From Propionibacteriaceae bacterium (GTDB lineage: Bacteria > Actinomycetota > Actinomycetes > Propionibacteriales > Propionibacteriaceae): a stretch of 53,545 nucleotides of DNA. A model generated the notes under the pieces. The model was not told the DNA's origin and made no database searches. It saw nothing but the letters and a program-made list of their open reading frames with translations. Of the stretch, positions 17,354-28,709 are shown in pieces. The DNA is taken from the NCBI GenBank assembly GCA_021323255.1, contig JAJTCL010000002.1:1-53545 (forward strand). Direction: 5' to 3'. The translations under genes and the position numbers were made by a program. The stretch's first letter is position 1. Each line of letters starts with the position of its first letter.

Positions 17354-18520
17354 TCAGTGCGGCAGTCCAGCCAACAGGTGCCGAGCCATGACGACTCGCT
17401 GGATCTGATTAGTGCCCTCATAAATCTGGGTGATCTTTGCGTCCCGCATCATCCGCTCTACAGGGAAGTCCTTGGTGTAGCCGTAGCCGCCGAGCAACTG
17501 AACGGCATCGGTGGTGATCTCCATTGCCACATCGGAGGCGAAGCACTTCGCAGCAGCCCCGAAATAGGTCAGATCGGCATCCCCGCGCTGAGATTTCGCG
17601 GCTGCGACGTAGCTGAGTTGGCGGGCAGCTTCCAGCTTCATGCCCATGTCGGCGAGCATGAACTGCAGACCCTGGAATTCGGCAAGCGCCTTGCCGAACT
17701 GCTTGCGCTCCGTGACATAGCCGAGCGCATAATCGAGAGCACCTTGGGCAATGCCCACCGCCTGCGCCGCGATGGTGACACGCGTGTGGTCGAGGGTGTG
17801 CATCGCCGTCTCGAAGCCGGTGCCTTCAGCGCCGATCATCCTGGACTCCGGGATGCGTACGCCGTCCAGGTACACCTCGCAGGTCGGAGAACCCTTGATG
17901 CCCAGTTTCTTCTCCGGTGCGCCGAAGGAGACTCCCCCGTCGGATTTCTCAACCACGAAAGCGCTGATGCCTTTGGAGCGGGCGTCTGGATCGGTCACCA
18001 CAAACACGGTGTAGAAGTCCGACAGCCCGGCGTTGGTGATCCAGCGCTTGACGCCGTTCAAAATGAAGTGGTCGCCATCGCGTACGGCGCGGGTCCGCAT
18101 GCTTACCGCGTCTGAGCCCGACTCCGGCTCCGACAGGCAGTAGGACGCCATCGCCTCGCCCTGTGCGATCGGCGGAAGGTAGGTCTGCTTGATCTCTTCC
18201 GTTGCGGCGAGCAGCCAGGGCAACGTGGCCAGCTTGTTGACGGCCGGAATCAGCGAGCTAGCTGCGCAGACACGGGCAATCTCCTCGATCACGATCACGG
18301 TCGCCAAGGCGTCGGCCCCGACCCCTGAGTAGGCCTCGGGGATGTGGGGCGCATGAAAGTCCGCTGCCACCAGCGCTTCGAGTGATGCCTTGGGAAACTC
18401 CGCCAACTCATCAGCCTCGGCAGCGTTCGGAGCGACCTTCTCCTCGCACAGCTCGCGGACCGCAGCGCGGAACGCCTCATGCTCCTCACTCGGGCGATAC
18501 ATGTCGCCGAAGTCGGTCAC
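17354..18520 (-). CDS. Acyl-CoA dehydrogenase (FadE25-like)
   Basis: YCLSEPESGSD, KRWITNAG, RKQFGK, GGYGY, QIYEGTNQIQR. Usual position near purE. Confidence 0.93.
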   Translation of the reverse strand: MTDFGDMYRPSEEHEAFRAAVRELCEEKVAPNAAEADELAEFPKASLEALVAADFHAPHIPEAYSGVGADALATVIVIEEIARVCAASSLIPAVNKLATLPWLLAATEEIKQTYLPPIAQGEAMASYCLSEPESGSDAVSMRTRAVRDGDHFILNGVKRWITNAGLSDFYTVFVVTDPDARSKGISAFVVEKSDGGVSFGAPEKKLGIKGSPTCEVYLDGVRIPESRMIGAEGTGFETAMHTLDHTRVTIAAQAVGIAQGALDYALGYVTERKQFGKALAEFQGLQFMLADMGMKLEAARQLSYVAAAKSQRGDADLTYFGAAAKCFASDVAMEITTDAVQLLGGYGYTKDFPVERMMRDAKITQIYEGTNQIQRVVMARHLLAGLPH

Positions 18521-18543
18521 GTGTTGAGCCTATTCGGCTCCGC

Positions 18544-19641
18544 TCAGATCGTGGGAGCTAGGGGATCCCACTCATCCGGTAGCAGTGGCGGCTTGTCGAC
18601 TGAACTCGCTACCTCGACAAAAGCACGTGATTCGACCGACTCCGCGATCGCGGTCATGGTGTCCAGAACGTGATAGCCCATCGCCCCTTGCGCGCGATGG
18701 GGTCGACCCTCCCGCAGAGCGCGAGCCATGTCCAAGACTCCGGTGCCACGGGAGGACACCGCTGTGGTGGTGGCTACCGTCTCCCAGTCCTCGCTGTCGC
18801 GCCGCCTGATGGCGATCGCGCCGTCAAAAAAGTTGGGATCAGGGAACAGCATCGTGGCGTCGGTGCCGTTGACTTCCAGCAGCATCCGAGGAAGCGCCGA
18901 GTCGAAAGAGAAGATGGTCTGTGCGGACTGGCCGGATTCGAACTGGGCCAGGGCGCTCACGTGGCTGGGTACTGTGACGTCAAACTCCTCCCCCGCCTTG
19001 GGCCCAGAGCCGATCACCCGCCGTTCTCGGGCCTTCGACCCAAGCGCAGCCACCGAGGAAACTGATCCGAAGACCTGGACGAGCACGGTGAGGTAATAAG
19101 GACCAAGGTCGAACAGCGGGCCGGCACCAGGCGCGTACAGGAACGCGGGGTTGGGATGCCACGACTCTGGCCCAGGCAATTGCAGCAGCGCCAGAGCCGT
19201 GAGCGGCGTTCCGATCAAGCCCTGCTCGATAAACCGGCAGGCCGTCTGCAACCCCGGACCTAGAAAGGTGTCCGGAGCGCAGCCAACGAGTAGCCCGGCC
19301 GCCTCAGCGTCTCGGAGCAGCCTCTCGCCGCTGGCGCGGTCGAGAGCTAGGGGCTTCTCGTTCCAGACGTGTTTGCCAACCCCGATTACCTGAGTCGCGA
19401 CCTCGGCATGAGCCGCCGGGATGGTGAGGTTGACGACGATCTCCACACCCGGGTGGTCGAGGACGGTAGCCACATCTCCCGCGGCTGGAACGTCATACTT
19501 GGCAGCCTTTTCCCGAGCAGCCTCGGGAACGATATCGCCGATCGCAAGCACCTCGGTGTCGGCAAAACTGGTGAGGTTCTCCAGATACGTGTCGCTGATC
19601 GTGCCGGCACCGATCAAACCAACGCCCATCGGACTAGCCAT
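18544..19641 (-). CDS. Gfo/Idh/MocA oxidoreductase
   Basis: GLIGAGTIS, HVWNEKP, GCAPDTFLG, GPLFDLGPYY. Confidence 0.92.
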   Translation of the reverse strand: MASPMGVGLIGAGTISDTYLENLTSFADTEVLAIGDIVPEAAREKAAKYDVPAAGDVATVLDHPGVEIVVNLTIPAAHAEVATQVIGVGKHVWNEKPLALDRASGERLLRDAEAAGLLVGCAPDTFLGPGLQTACRFIEQGLIGTPLTALALLQLPGPESWHPNPAFLYAPGAGPLFDLGPYYLTVLVQVFGSVSSVAALGSKARERRVIGSGPKAGEEFDVTVPSHVSALAQFESGQSAQTIFSFDSALPRMLLEVNGTDATMLFPDPNFFDGAIAIRRRDSEDWETVATTTAVSSRGTGVLDMARALREGRPHRAQGAMGYHVLDTMTAIAESVESRAFVEVASSVDKPPLLPDEWDPLAPTI

Positions 19642-19643
19642 GA

Positions 19644-20378
19644 TCAAGCTCGATCGGCGAGCAGGAACTGGCGGCTGGCCCGGACGGCTTCGAGAAGATC
19701 GGTTTCAGAGTCATCCAGCTCCACGACCCGGAGCGCCTCCGGAGCCGCATCGATGATGTCCCAGACCGGCACCACACCCGATCCCACCGGGACTTGTTTG
19801 CTCGTATCAAGGGTCCCGTCGCCATCCTTGATGTGCAGGGCGACGACCCGCTCACCCAGGCGGGTGAGGAGGGCGGGCACGTCGGCGCCGCCCGCGTACG
19901 CCCAGTAGGTGTCCACCTCGAGCACTACTTCCGGGGCCACCCGATCTGCCAGCACTTCCAGCGCATGGACTCCGCTGATCTTGGACTCCAGCTCGAAGTG
20001 ATGATTGTGATAACCGACCCGGAGGCCGTAGCCGGCAGCCTTCGCCGCCACGGCATTGAGCTCGCTTGCAATCTCGCTGACATCAGGCTCTGACTGCCAG
20101 CGAGTCGAGTCGACGTACGGCTCGATGATCGTCTGGATGCCGAGCTCCGCTGCCAGCTCACAAATCGCGTCGTGGTCCTTACCTAAGAGATGGATGTGCG
20201 CTGTCGGAGCAGTCAGGCCGTTCGTAGCCAACCCGGAGCGCAGTTCGTCGGCAAAATTGACGAAGGCGAACGGCTCGACCTGGGTGAATCCGAACGCCGC
20301 GAGCTTGGAGAGTGTGCCGTCGAAATCTTGGGCGAGGGCATCGCGCACGGTGTACAGCTGAACGGACAGCTCCGACAT
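19644..20378 (-). CDS. Sugar phosphate isomerase/epimerase
   Basis: MSELSVQLYTVRD, YHNHHFE, EVDTYW, HIKDG. RBS AGGAGG. True start is shorter than the track ORF. Confidence 0.9.
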   Translation of the reverse strand: MSELSVQLYTVRDALAQDFDGTLSKLAAFGFTQVEPFAFVNFADELRSGLATNGLTAPTAHIHLLGKDHDAICELAAELGIQTIIEPYVDSTRWQSEPDVSEIASELNAVAAKAAGYGLRVGYHNHHFELESKISGVHALEVLADRVAPEVVLEVDTYWAYAGGADVPALLTRLGERVVALHIKDGDGTLDTSKQVPVGSGVVPVWDIIDAAPEALRVVELDDSETDLLEAVRASRQFLLADRA

Positions 20379-20416
20379 TGACAACCTCCTGGTGCGGTGG
20401 GCCCTACCTTGCCTGC

Positions 20417-20471
20417 AAGTGGTCACAAACAACAAGAGAATCGCCGAATTCGTTGTGGCAAGTGACCACTT
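20417..20471. repeat. Imperfect intergenic hairpin
   Basis: Arms AAGTGGTCAC / GTGACCACTT with inner ACAAC / GTTGT. Confidence 0.4.
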
Positions 20472-20490
20472 TCGGGACGAGACCGAGCTG

Positions 20491-21249
20491 CTACGTCGGC
20501 TCCTCCAGGAGTTGACGGGCAAGCAAAGTACCGCCGGCGGTGGCAATCGGAAACACGACGACGCCTGCGAAGGGAATGGCGAGCAGCAGGAACGTAGGCA
20601 CGGCGAAACCAAGCACCCGAAACCGCCGTGCCCGCATCGCGGCGCGGCGATCCGAAAGCCGGAGCAGGCCGCGTCGTTCGAAGGGCGCCCCAACCAGCTC
20701 GATCGCGAGGATCCAGCCGCCAAAGGTCGCAGAGAGCACCGGCACGAGGGTCTGCCCCACGACCGGCACGAATCCGATCGCAAAGAGCATCAGCGCGCCG
20801 AGCATGGCGACCGCTATGAGCGTGACTGCCTGGCGCAAGGCCCGGAACAGACCGCGCGCCGCGCTCTCCTTGAGCTCGGGCACCTCACCGAAGCCTTGCT
20901 CGACAAATTCGGACAATTTGTCATAGAGCGGCGATCCGAGGGCAAGGGTCAATGCCGTGAATGAGATCACCATCAACAACACAGCGCCCCCGACGAGCGC
21001 GGCGCCGACCAGCACCCGGATCGTGGTGGCCAGGCCGCGAGCCCAACCCTCGGTGAACGGTGTAAGCCAATCGACAGCCGGCTCGAGCTGGGTGATCAGC
21101 GCAATCAGCAGCCCGGTGAAGATCACCGAAGTGATGGCCGGCGGGATGGCACCCAGCAGGAACAGCCGGGGCTGGCGAATAATCAGGCCCATCCCTCTGG
21201 TCAGCAACCCGGCACCGATCGCCAGCTCACCTACAGCAGGCCGCCGCAT
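20491..21249 (-). CDS. EI24/CysZ-like membrane protein
   Basis: GSPLYDKLSE.VE, PFERRG, multiple TM segments. Confidence 0.8.
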   Translation of the reverse strand: MRRPAVGELAIGAGLLTRGMGLIIRQPRLFLLGAIPPAITSVIFTGLLIALITQLEPAVDWLTPFTEGWARGLATTIRVLVGAALVGGAVLLMVISFTALTLALGSPLYDKLSEFVEQGFGEVPELKESAARGLFRALRQAVTLIAVAMLGALMLFAIGFVPVVGQTLVPVLSATFGGWILAIELVGAPFERRGLLRLSDRRAAMRARRFRVLGFAVPTFLLLAIPFAGVVVFPIATAGGTLLARQLLEEPT

Positions 21250-21259
21250 GTCGGTGTGA

Positions 21260-21790
21260 CTAGCGGAGCCCATTGCGCTTGTCCTGGGCGTTGGCCCGCA
21301 CGGTGGCGCCCTTGGCCTCCGCGGTCTGTCGAAGTTGATCTTGGAACTCAAGCATCCGTTGCCGCAGACCAGGATCACCGGCCGCCAGGATGCGTACTGC
21401 CAGAAGCCCGGCGTTGCGAGCATTGCCGATGGCAACCGCTGCCACTGGAACACCGGCCGGCATCTGGACGATCGACAACAGGGAATCCATCCCGTCGAGG
21501 TACTTCAGTGCTACCGGCACCCCGATCACCGGCAGCGGCGTGACCGCTGCCAGCATGCCGGGTAGGTGCGCTGCGCCGCCGGCTCCGGCAATGATCACCT
21601 CCAGCCCGCGGCCGTGAGCCGTACGCCCATAGGACATCATGGCGTCGGTCATTCGGTGCGCTGAGACCACATCGGCCTCATAGGCCACGTCGAACTCCTG
21701 CAGCGCCACCCCTGCAGCGCTCATCACCGGCCAGTCCGAATCCGAACCCATCACAATGCCGACCCGCGGCCGAGGAACCTCATCAGGCAC
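21260..21790 (-). CDS. purE: N5-CAIR mutase
   Basis: [36 protein letters not shown]. Confidence 0.97.
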   Translation of the reverse strand: MPDEVPRPRVGIVMGSDSDWPVMSAAGVALQEFDVAYEADVVSAHRMTDAMMSYGRTAHGRGLEVIIAGAGGAAHLPGMLAAVTPLPVIGVPVALKYLDGMDSLLSIVQMPAGVPVAAVAIGNARNAGLLAVRILAAGDPGLRQRMLEFQDQLRQTAEAKGATVRANAQDKRNGLR

Positions 21791-22937
21791 TGAGATCTCC
21801 CATCAGGTACGCCGCGGCATGCCGAGCCCGCTTCCGTGTCTCAGCAAGATCATCTCCGAAGGTAGTGACATGGCCCACTTTGCGACCCGGGCGTACCTGC
21901 TTGCCGTACAGCTGCACCCGCAACCGCCGGTCACGGGCAAAACAATGCAGCAACGCTGACGGAAGATCTTCCAGCCTTCCGCCGAACACATTGGCCATCA
22001 CAATCCAGCTCTCCTTGCTGCTCGGGTCGCCCAGCGGTAGATCCAGCACCGCACGGAGATGGTTTTCAAACTGGGAGGTATGGGCCCCATCTATGGTCCA
22101 GTGGCCGGTGTTGTGCGGTCGCATGGCCAACTCGTTGACCACCACCGATCCATCGGCGCGCTGCATCAACTCCACTGCAAGCACCCCCACCACCCCGAGC
22201 TCATGAGCGATCATCAGGGCCAGTTGCTGGGCCGCGACGGCCTGCTCATCAGCCAGGTCTGGTGCAGGTGTGATCGTCTCCACACAGATGCCGTTTTGCT
22301 GTACTGATTCCGAGATCGGGTACGCTGCCGCCTGCCCAGACGGCGAGCGTACGACCAGCGCGCTCAGCTCGCGGGCAAAATCCACGAACTCCTCGCCGAT
22401 GATCTGTACACCGTCGGTCACCCCCGCGAAAGGCTTGCCCGCTTCCAGAGCCGAGTCGAGCCGCCACACCCCCTTGCCGTCGTATCCGCCGCGTGAGGTT
22501 TTCGCCACGATCGGCCAACCCAACTCCTCGCCGAACGCGGCCAAGGCCGCCTCATCGCTCACCACCCGACTGATCGGACAGGGAGCCCCCAACGCTGCCA
22601 GTCGATCACGCATGATCGCCTTGTCCTGAGCGTGGATCAGCGCCGCCGGTCCCGGCCGAACCACTACCCCTGCCGACTCAAGATCTCGCAGCAGGCCGGT
22701 GGGCACATGCTCATGGTCGAAGGTCACCACATCGCAACCGGCCGCAAAGCTCCGCACCGTCTCCGGGTCTGTGTAGTCGCCGACTGTGACGTCGTGCACT
22801 ACGGTCGCTGCCGAGGTCTCGGGCCCCTCCGCGAGCAATCGCACATTGATCCCAAGACCGATAGAGGCGGCGTGCATCATCCGAGCAAGTTGGCCACCGC
22901 CGATGATGCCCACGGTGAAGGTCGGCCCACGTCTCAC
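21783..22937 (-). CDS. purK: N5-CAIR synthetase
   Basis: [40 protein letters not shown]. Confidence 0.97.
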   Translation of the reverse strand: MRRGPTFTVGIIGGGQLARMMHAASIGLGINVRLLAEGPETSAATVVHDVTVGDYTDPETVRSFAAGCDVVTFDHEHVPTGLLRDLESAGVVVRPGPAALIHAQDKAIMRDRLAALGAPCPISRVVSDEAALAAFGEELGWPIVAKTSRGGYDGKGVWRLDSALEAGKPFAGVTDGVQIIGEEFVDFARELSALVVRSPSGQAAAYPISESVQQNGICVETITPAPDLADEQAVAAQQLALMIAHELGVVGVLAVELMQRADGSVVVNELAMRPHNTGHWTIDGAHTSQFENHLRAVLDLPLGDPSSKESWIVMANVFGGRLEDLPSALLHCFARDRRLRVQLYGKQVRPGRKVGHVTTFGDDLAETRKRARHAAAYLMGDLSA

Positions 22938-22953
22938 GCGCGGAAGCGTACCC

Positions 22954-23415
22954 TCACTGCAGCCTGAAGATCACCGAACGCTGCACGATGAAATTGACGG
23001 TGGTGGCGACGCCTTGGGCGATGACGAACGCGATGACTTGTACGGTGAGCCGGTTCAGGCCCTGCGAGGTGAGCACAGTGAACAGCACGCTGAACAGGCC
23101 AACTTGCAAGGCGAACGTCACCGCGTACAAGACCACCACCGCGATGAATCGGCGCGTCGAGGGCGAGGCCCGGAAGGTCCAGCGCCGGTTGATCAGGTAC
23201 GCGGTTGTCGTGCCGGCGATGAAGGAGATCGCCTTGGCCGCTGTGTGCCCCAGGCCCAAGGCCATCAAGATCACCAGCAGTCCGAAGTCGACAATCGCTG
23301 AGAAACCGCCGGTGATGATGAATCGGGTGAGCTGAGCCGGCAGAGGCAGGGTACTTTCGCGCTCGTCGACCGGCAGCTCGACCGGCTGCGGGATCTGGTG
23401 GGGATGTTCGGTCAT
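22954..23415 (-). CDS. GtrA family protein, Rv3789-like
   Basis: RFIITGG..VDFG, AYLINRRWTF, IAQG.AT.VNFIVQR.VIF. Confidence 0.88.
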   Translation of the reverse strand: MTEHPHQIPQPVELPVDERESTLPLPAQLTRFIITGGFSAIVDFGLLVILMALGLGHTAAKAISFIAGTTTAYLINRRWTFRASPSTRRFIAVVVLYAVTFALQVGLFSVLFTVLTSQGLNRLTVQVIAFVIAQGVATTVNFIVQRSVIFRLQ

Positions 23416-24203
23416 GAAACACCGTCCCGCCAGCTCGGCCAGCGCGGGGCCCGGCGATGGTTGAATGCCTCGATGCCCTCCACCCGGTCGGCTGAGAATG
23501 CGACCTCTTCCCAGGCCCGGCTCTCGATCTCCAGGCCGCGGGTCAGGTCGACGTCGAGGCCCTGCTGAAGCGAGTGCTTGGCGGCTCGCAAGCTGATCGG
23601 GGACTTGGCGGCAATCTCCTCGGCAAGCTGCAGTGCGCTGGCACGAGCTGCACCCTCGGGAACGAGCCGGTCGGCAAGGCCCATCCGCAGCGCCTCCTGG
23701 GCATCCACGCGGCGGCCGGTAAACAGCAGATCAGCGGCCCTGCCGAACCCGATCCGACGCGGCAGCAGCTGGGTGCCACCCTCACCTGGAATCAGCCCAA
23801 TGCCCACCTCGGGCAAGCCGAACACTGCGCTTGCCGATGCAACGATCAGATCAGCTGACAACGCCAGCTCGCAGCCACCGCCTAGCGCGAATCCCTCCAC
23901 CGCAGCAATCACCGGAACAGGCAACTCGCGCAGCGCCGCAAAGGCTTCCTGAAACACCGGTCGTTGTCGGCGAAGATCATCGTTGTCAAAGCCACGGCGT
24001 TCCTTGAGGTCAGCCCCGACGCAGAAGGCCTTCGCCAAGGCGCTGGAGATGATCACCACGCTTACCTGATCTTCGTCCGCAAGCTGACTCGCCGCCTCCC
24101 CCAGTCGAAGCACCTGGTCGGTGGACAATGCATTCATGGCCTCCGGGCGATTCATGATCACCTCGGCCACATGGCCCGAGGGTCGCCCGATCTGGACGGT
24201 CAT
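23412..24203 (-). CDS. Enoyl-CoA hydratase/isomerase
   Basis: FCVGADLKE, ALGGGCEL, FGLPEV. Confidence 0.92.
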   Translation of the reverse strand: MTVQIGRPSGHVAEVIMNRPEAMNALSTDQVLRLGEAASQLADEDQVSVVIISSALAKAFCVGADLKERRGFDNDDLRRQRPVFQEAFAALRELPVPVIAAVEGFALGGGCELALSADLIVASASAVFGLPEVGIGLIPGEGGTQLLPRRIGFGRAADLLFTGRRVDAQEALRMGLADRLVPEGAARASALQLAEEIAAKSPISLRAAKHSLQQGLDVDLTRGLEIESRAWEEVAFSADRVEGIEAFNHRRAPRWPSWRDGVS

Positions 24204-24742
24204 GAGCGAGCAGCAGGCGGGTGCTGAGTGCCCTGCGGACCAAAGAGCAGCTGGGTGACCTCACGGCTCACGTGCTCAACATCGGGCACATCCCGCAACA
24301 CGATCGTGCCGTCCTCGGCGGCGGTCTGGACGTTGAGGGAGCCACACCCGAGCATTCGATCCAGCAAGCTGCGCTCGTAGGAGACCTCATTGATCCGGTT
24401 CAGCGGCAGGTCCTTGCCGATTTTGTTGAGGATGCCGCTGCGCGTGATCAGTCGTCGGTTGGTAATGGTGTACGTGGTGGTCCGCCAGCGCAGGAACGGC
24501 AACAGCACCAGCCAGATCGCCAGCACGACACCGAGCAGGACGATGGCGAGCTGTCCGATGGGGCGAGCCTCGCGTGGGATCACAGCGGCTCCGGCTCCGA
24601 CGGCAGCAGCGATCAGGACGAAAGCAAGCGCTGGCAAAATCATCGCCTTGACGTGAGTCCTGGTATGGATGACCAGATGCTCGTCGGCACCGAGCAGTTT
24701 CGCCGGAAGAACCACGCCCTCCATGCTGACACACGCACTCAC
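24200..24742 (-). CDS. Bacterial PH-domain membrane protein (start uncertain)
   Basis: Two TM helices then WRTTTYTITNRRLITRSG..LLDRMLGCGSL. Confidence 0.85.
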   Translation of the reverse strand: MSACVSMEGVVLPAKLLGADEHLVIHTRTHVKAMILPALAFVLIAAAVGAGAAVIPREARPIGQLAIVLLGVVLAIWLVLLPFLRWRTTTYTITNRRLITRSGILNKIGKDLPLNRINEVSYERSLLDRMLGCGSLNVQTAAEDGTIVLRDVPDVEHVSREVTQLLFGPQGTQHPPAARS

Positions 24743-25558
24743 TTAGGACTGGAGATGAACGACGTCGCCGGCACCGTATACGGCCGATCCTGAAGTAGTC
24801 CGAATGACAAGTCGGCCGTCGGCATCGATGCGGTTGGCGATTCCCTCCACGCTCCGCCTCCCGCTCAGCTCCACCCGAACCTGACGACCGATCGTGTCGC
24901 AACGCGCTACGTAGGATGCCGCCAACGAAGCGTCATCACCGGCCTGCGCCTCCCAGCGGCCGTAGAGGAGTTCAAATGCGGCAAGCACAGTGGCGATGAC
25001 GGCTGTTCGCGACGGCAGCACCCCGGAGTGCTCGCGAGCAGCGATGGCAAGGGAGGTGGCACTCGGTACCGGCAATTGGTGGTCATCCAGGCTGACATTG
25101 ATGCCGATGCCGACTACACAGGCCGGGCCCCGAGAGGTGTCGACTCGTTCGGAGAGAATGCCGCAGAGCTTGCGGCCGGCAACCAGGACATCGTTCGGCC
25201 ACTTGAGAACCGCGGGCAGGTTGGCCACCCGACGCACACCGTCGGCGACCGCAAGGCCTGCCAACAATGACAACCAGGTCCAGCGGCGCGGGTCGATCCC
25301 ATCCGGTCGCAGGAGGATGGACATCGCAATCCCCGACCCCGGTGGAGCTGTCCAGGTTCGACCCTGCCTGCCGCGACCCGCCGATTGGTAGTCGGTGATC
25401 AGCACGGTGCCCGCCGCTCCGCCATCGCGGGCCCGGGCCGCCAGATCAGCGTTCGTGGAACCCGTCTCCGCTACCAGATCGACCGCCTGCCACAGACCAC
25501 CCGGCCTTACCAGCTCCTGTCGGAGCTCGGCAACGTCGATGGCGTCGTTCGGCGGCAT
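24743..25558 (-). CDS. birA: Biotin--[acetyl-CoA carboxylase] ligase
   Basis: GSTNAD, QSAGRGRQGRTW, KWPNDV, KLCGIL. Confidence 0.95.
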   Translation of the reverse strand: MPPNDAIDVAELRQELVRPGGLWQAVDLVAETGSTNADLAARARDGGAAGTVLITDYQSAGRGRQGRTWTAPPGSGIAMSILLRPDGIDPRRWTWLSLLAGLAVADGVRRVANLPAVLKWPNDVLVAGRKLCGILSERVDTSRGPACVVGIGINVSLDDHQLPVPSATSLAIAAREHSGVLPSRTAVIATVLAAFELLYGRWEAQAGDDASLAASYVARCDTIGRQVRVELSGRRSVEGIANRIDADGRLVIRTTSGSAVYGAGDVVHLQS

Positions 25559-25647
25559 GTTTGGACCCTAGCGCCCTGGAACGGAAGTAGTTGTCGGCGT
25601 TTCAGCAGGATCCACGTGGATCTTGGTAACTGGTTAGAGTCCCAGTC

Positions 25648-27234
25648 ATGGATCGCACGATGCCAGCGCCGGACATCCACACCACCGCCGGCAAGCTGGC
25701 CGATTTGGACCGCCGGATAGAGGAGGCTGTCCATGCAGGATCAGCAGCCGCCGTCGAGAAGCAACACGCCAGGGGTAAGAAGACAGCTCGGGAGCGGGTC
25801 CTGCTGTTGCTGGACCCGGATTCGTTCACGGAGCTGGACGAGTTTGCGCGGCATCGCTCGACGTCGTTCGGTATGGAGGACCGGCGCCCCTACGGTGACG
25901 GTGTTATCACCGGCTTCGGCACGATCGACGGACGGCCGGTCTGCGTGTTCAGCCAGGATGTGACCGTCTTCGGGGGCAGCTTGGGCCAGGTGTACGGGGA
26001 AAAGATCGTCAAGATCATCGACTTGGCGCTGAAGACCGGCTGTCCGATCATCGGCCTCAACGAGGGCGGCGGCGCCCGGATCCAAGAAGGTGTTGTCTCA
26101 CTTGGCCTGTATGGAGAGATCTTCAAGCGCAACACGCACGCCTCTGGTGTCATTCCGCAGATCTCATTGATCATGGGCGCGGCCGCGGGTGGCCACGTCT
26201 ACTCTCCCGCCCTTACCGACTTCGTCGTCATGGTCGACCAGACCTCCCAGATGTTCATCACCGGTCCGGACGTGATCAAGACTGTGACTGGTGAGAACGT
26301 ATCCATGGAGGAACTGGGCGGTGGGCGTACCCACAACACCAAGTCGGGGAACGCGCACTACCTGGCCGCGGATGAGGAAGACGCGATCTCGTATGTGCGG
26401 ACCTTGATCGGCTTCCTGCCGCAGAACAACCTCGAGGACGCTCCGGCCTTCGAGGTCGAGAACGCACGAGAGCCTGATGATATGGACCGGGATCTCGACA
26501 GTCTGATACCCGACTCGCCTAACCAGCCATACGACATGCACGAGGTCATCTCCCGGGTCCTTGACGACGCCGACTTCCTCGAGGTGCAGACCCTCTTCGC
26601 CCCCAACGTGGTCGTCGGCTTTGGCCGGATTGACGGGCACAGCGTCGGTGTCGTCGCCAATCAGCCACTTCACTTCGCCGGATGTTTGGATATCGACGCT
26701 TCGGAGAAGGCGGCGCGATTCGTCCGGACATGCGATGCGTTCAACATCCCGGTGATCACTTTCGTCGACGTGCCGGGCTTCCTCCCTGGTACTGATCAAG
26801 AATGGAATGGCATCATCCGGCGCGGCGCGAAGCTCATTTACGCCTACGCCGAGGCGACGGTACCGTTGGTCACGGTGATCACCCGCAAGGCTTACGGGGG
26901 CGCCTACGACGTCATGGGATCGAAGCATTTGGGCGCGGATTTCAACCTTGCTTGGCCCACCGCGCAAATCGCGGTCATGGGAGCACAAGGAGCGGTGAAC
27001 ATCTTGTATCGCAAGGAGCTCGCGGCAAGTGAGGATGCCGAGACGATGCGTGCCGACCTGATCACCGAATACGAAGACGAACTGGCGAATCCGTACCTTG
27101 CGGCCGAACGCGGCTATGTCGACGCGGTGATCAGCCCGCATGAAACCCGCATAGAGATCGCCCGAGCATTGCGGCTGCTGCGCACCAAACGCCAGACGCT
27201 ACCTCCGAAGAAGCATGGCAACATCCCACTATGA
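25648..27234 (+). CDS. pccB: Acyl-CoA carboxylase beta subunit (AccD5/PccB)
   Basis: [37 protein letters not shown]. Confidence 0.93.
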   Translation: MDRTMPAPDIHTTAGKLADLDRRIEEAVHAGSAAAVEKQHARGKKTARERVLLLLDPDSFTELDEFARHRSTSFGMEDRRPYGDGVITGFGTIDGRPVCVFSQDVTVFGGSLGQVYGEKIVKIIDLALKTGCPIIGLNEGGGARIQEGVVSLGLYGEIFKRNTHASGVIPQISLIMGAAAGGHVYSPALTDFVVMVDQTSQMFITGPDVIKTVTGENVSMEELGGGRTHNTKSGNAHYLAADEEDAISYVRTLIGFLPQNNLEDAPAFEVENAREPDDMDRDLDSLIPDSPNQPYDMHEVISRVLDDADFLEVQTLFAPNVVVGFGRIDGHSVGVVANQPLHFAGCLDIDASEKAARFVRTCDAFNIPVITFVDVPGFLPGTDQEWNGIIRRGAKLIYAYAEATVPLVTVITRKAYGGAYDVMGSKHLGADFNLAWPTAQIAVMGAQGAVNILYRKELAASEDAETMRADLITEYEDELANPYLAAERGYVDAVISPHETRIEIARALRLLRTKRQTLPPKKHGNIPL

Positions 27235-27449
27235 GCAGTGATCAGGAGGTGGCGTTTACCGTCGTCAAAGGCTCACCGACCGAAGACGAGCTGGCAGCAG
27301 TGGTGACCGTACTGACGACGCAATTCACCGCACAGCGCTCAGGCGAATCGAGGCCTGCCCGGTCAGGCTGGTCGGCGTACTGGCGATCACTACGCAGCCC
27401 CATCCAGCCGGGTCCTCGCGCCTGGCGTATGTCCGGACGGCCGCAATAG
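27231..27449 (+). CDS. Acyl-CoA carboxylase epsilon subunit
   Basis: [21 protein letters not shown], coupled to the beta subunit gene. Confidence 0.88.
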   Translation: MSSDQEVAFTVVKGSPTEDELAAVVTVLTTQFTAQRSGESRPARSGWSAYWRSLRSPIQPGPRAWRMSGRPQ

Positions 27450-27543
27450 TCTCGCTGCCGACCCATGGCTACAGTGTTGCTACCAAATCTCCCGTCTGTC
27501 TTGACCCCGGGCGCTGCTTCTCGGCAGCTGGCAGAAAGGCCCA

Positions 27544-28143
27544 ATGGTGAGTGCTGTAGACGACATACTGGCCGAAGTTCCGATGGATCAGCTTGCCGCG
27601 CAACTCGGAGTTGATCAGGCCACCGCTGAACAGATGACGCGCCAGGCAATCCCCGCGCTGTTGGGCGGAATGCAGGCCAACACCGAGGATCCTGGCGGTG
27701 CCAGGTCGTTGGCTGGAGCCCTCGACCAACACCCGAGCGACCTGATCGATGGCGGAGTCGATCTCAACCAGGTGGATGCCGATGACGGTGAGAAGATCGT
27801 CGGCAACATCTTCGGCCCGAATCAAGATCAAGTGGCGCAGACTCTCGGCGGCGGCCTCGGTGGTGCTCAGACGGGCGATCTGATCAAGAAGCTGCTGCCG
27901 ATACTGGCACCTATCGTGCTCTCCTACCTGTCCAAGCGCTTCCTGGGTCAGAACCAATCCAGGGGCGGCCAGAATCCGCTTGACTCGATCTTGAGTGGCG
28001 GCGCCAGCGGGTCAAGCAACCCGCTCAATGACATGCTGAACTCAATGCTCGGAGGTGGCGCAGCGGGCAGAGCTTCCGGACAACCGGCTGGCGGCTCAAT
28101 CCTCGACATGCTGGGTGGCCTCCTCGGGGCCGGTCGCCGCTGA
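27544..28143 (+). CDS. DUF937-like protein
   Basis: LLGGMQAN, DGEKIVGNIFG, LLPILAPIV, Gly-rich tail. Confidence 0.8.
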   Translation: MVSAVDDILAEVPMDQLAAQLGVDQATAEQMTRQAIPALLGGMQANTEDPGGARSLAGALDQHPSDLIDGGVDLNQVDADDGEKIVGNIFGPNQDQVAQTLGGGLGGAQTGDLIKKLLPILAPIVLSYLSKRFLGQNQSRGGQNPLDSILSGGASGSSNPLNDMLNSMLGGGAAGRASGQPAGGSILDMLGGLLGAGRR

Positions 28144-28157
28144 ATCTCTGACCGTGG

Positions 28158-28709
28158 CTAGATGTCGCGCCATATTGCAGACTTGCGGATCTCGAATTCA
28201 GCGGCACTGATCATGCCGCTGTCACGCAGCGCGCGAAGTTCGGCCAGCACCTGCAGTGGATCGCGGTCTGGCCGCACTTCGCCGCGGATCGCCTCCTGGG
28301 CATCATCGGCGAGCATTTCACCCTGAGTACCGAGGATCTGGTCGATGGTGAGGGTGCCGTCTGCGGTAATGACACGGACAGTGCCGGAGACCTTGCGCGT
28401 GGAGCCCTCGATGGTCAGGACCTCGTGCAGCGGCACGCTGAAGGCCGCGGGCCCGGTGCTGCGGCGGGAGCGGAAGAGGACGCGTTCGCTGGTCAACACC
28501 AGCAAACCCATGTCCCCGGCGTAGCGGCCGTCCATCATCCTCAGCACTGTCTCGGAGTCGGTGAGCGAGGACTCCAGCCGCACCACGTGGACATCGGAGC
28601 GCTGGTCAGAGGCCATTGCAGCCGCCGCGGCCAGCAGGTCAGGGCGCAGGTTGTACCGGGCTAGGCGCTCGTGCACGCTAGGGGGCCGTAACCATCGGAA
28701 CCATGACAT
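28158..28709 (-). CDS. PH-like domain plus C-terminal SHOCT protein
   Basis: GLLVLTSERVLF and LAELRALRDSGMISAAEFE.RK. Confidence 0.75.
   Translation of the reverse strand: MSWFRWLRPPSVHERLARYNLRPDLLAAAAAMASDQRSDVHVVRLESSLTDSETVLRMMDGRYAGDMGLLVLTSERVLFRSRRSTGPAAFSVPLHEVLTIEGSTRKVSGTVRVITADGTLTIDQILGTQGEMLADDAQEAIRGEVRPDRDPLQVLAELRALRDSGMISAAEFEIRKSAIWRDI

Noticed and set aside
16826-18115. Long antisense ORFs (16826-18115, 5673-7091, 26164-27141, 33359-34327, 47174-48175)
   Set aside because: Typical high-GC shadow frames opposite well-supported genes.
19644-20783. Long N-terminal extensions in track ORFs (19644-20783, 20491-21453, 32728-33342, 49905-51605)
   Set aside because: Extensions overlap neighbouring genes or repeats. 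Family similarity and RBS positions support the shorter starts.
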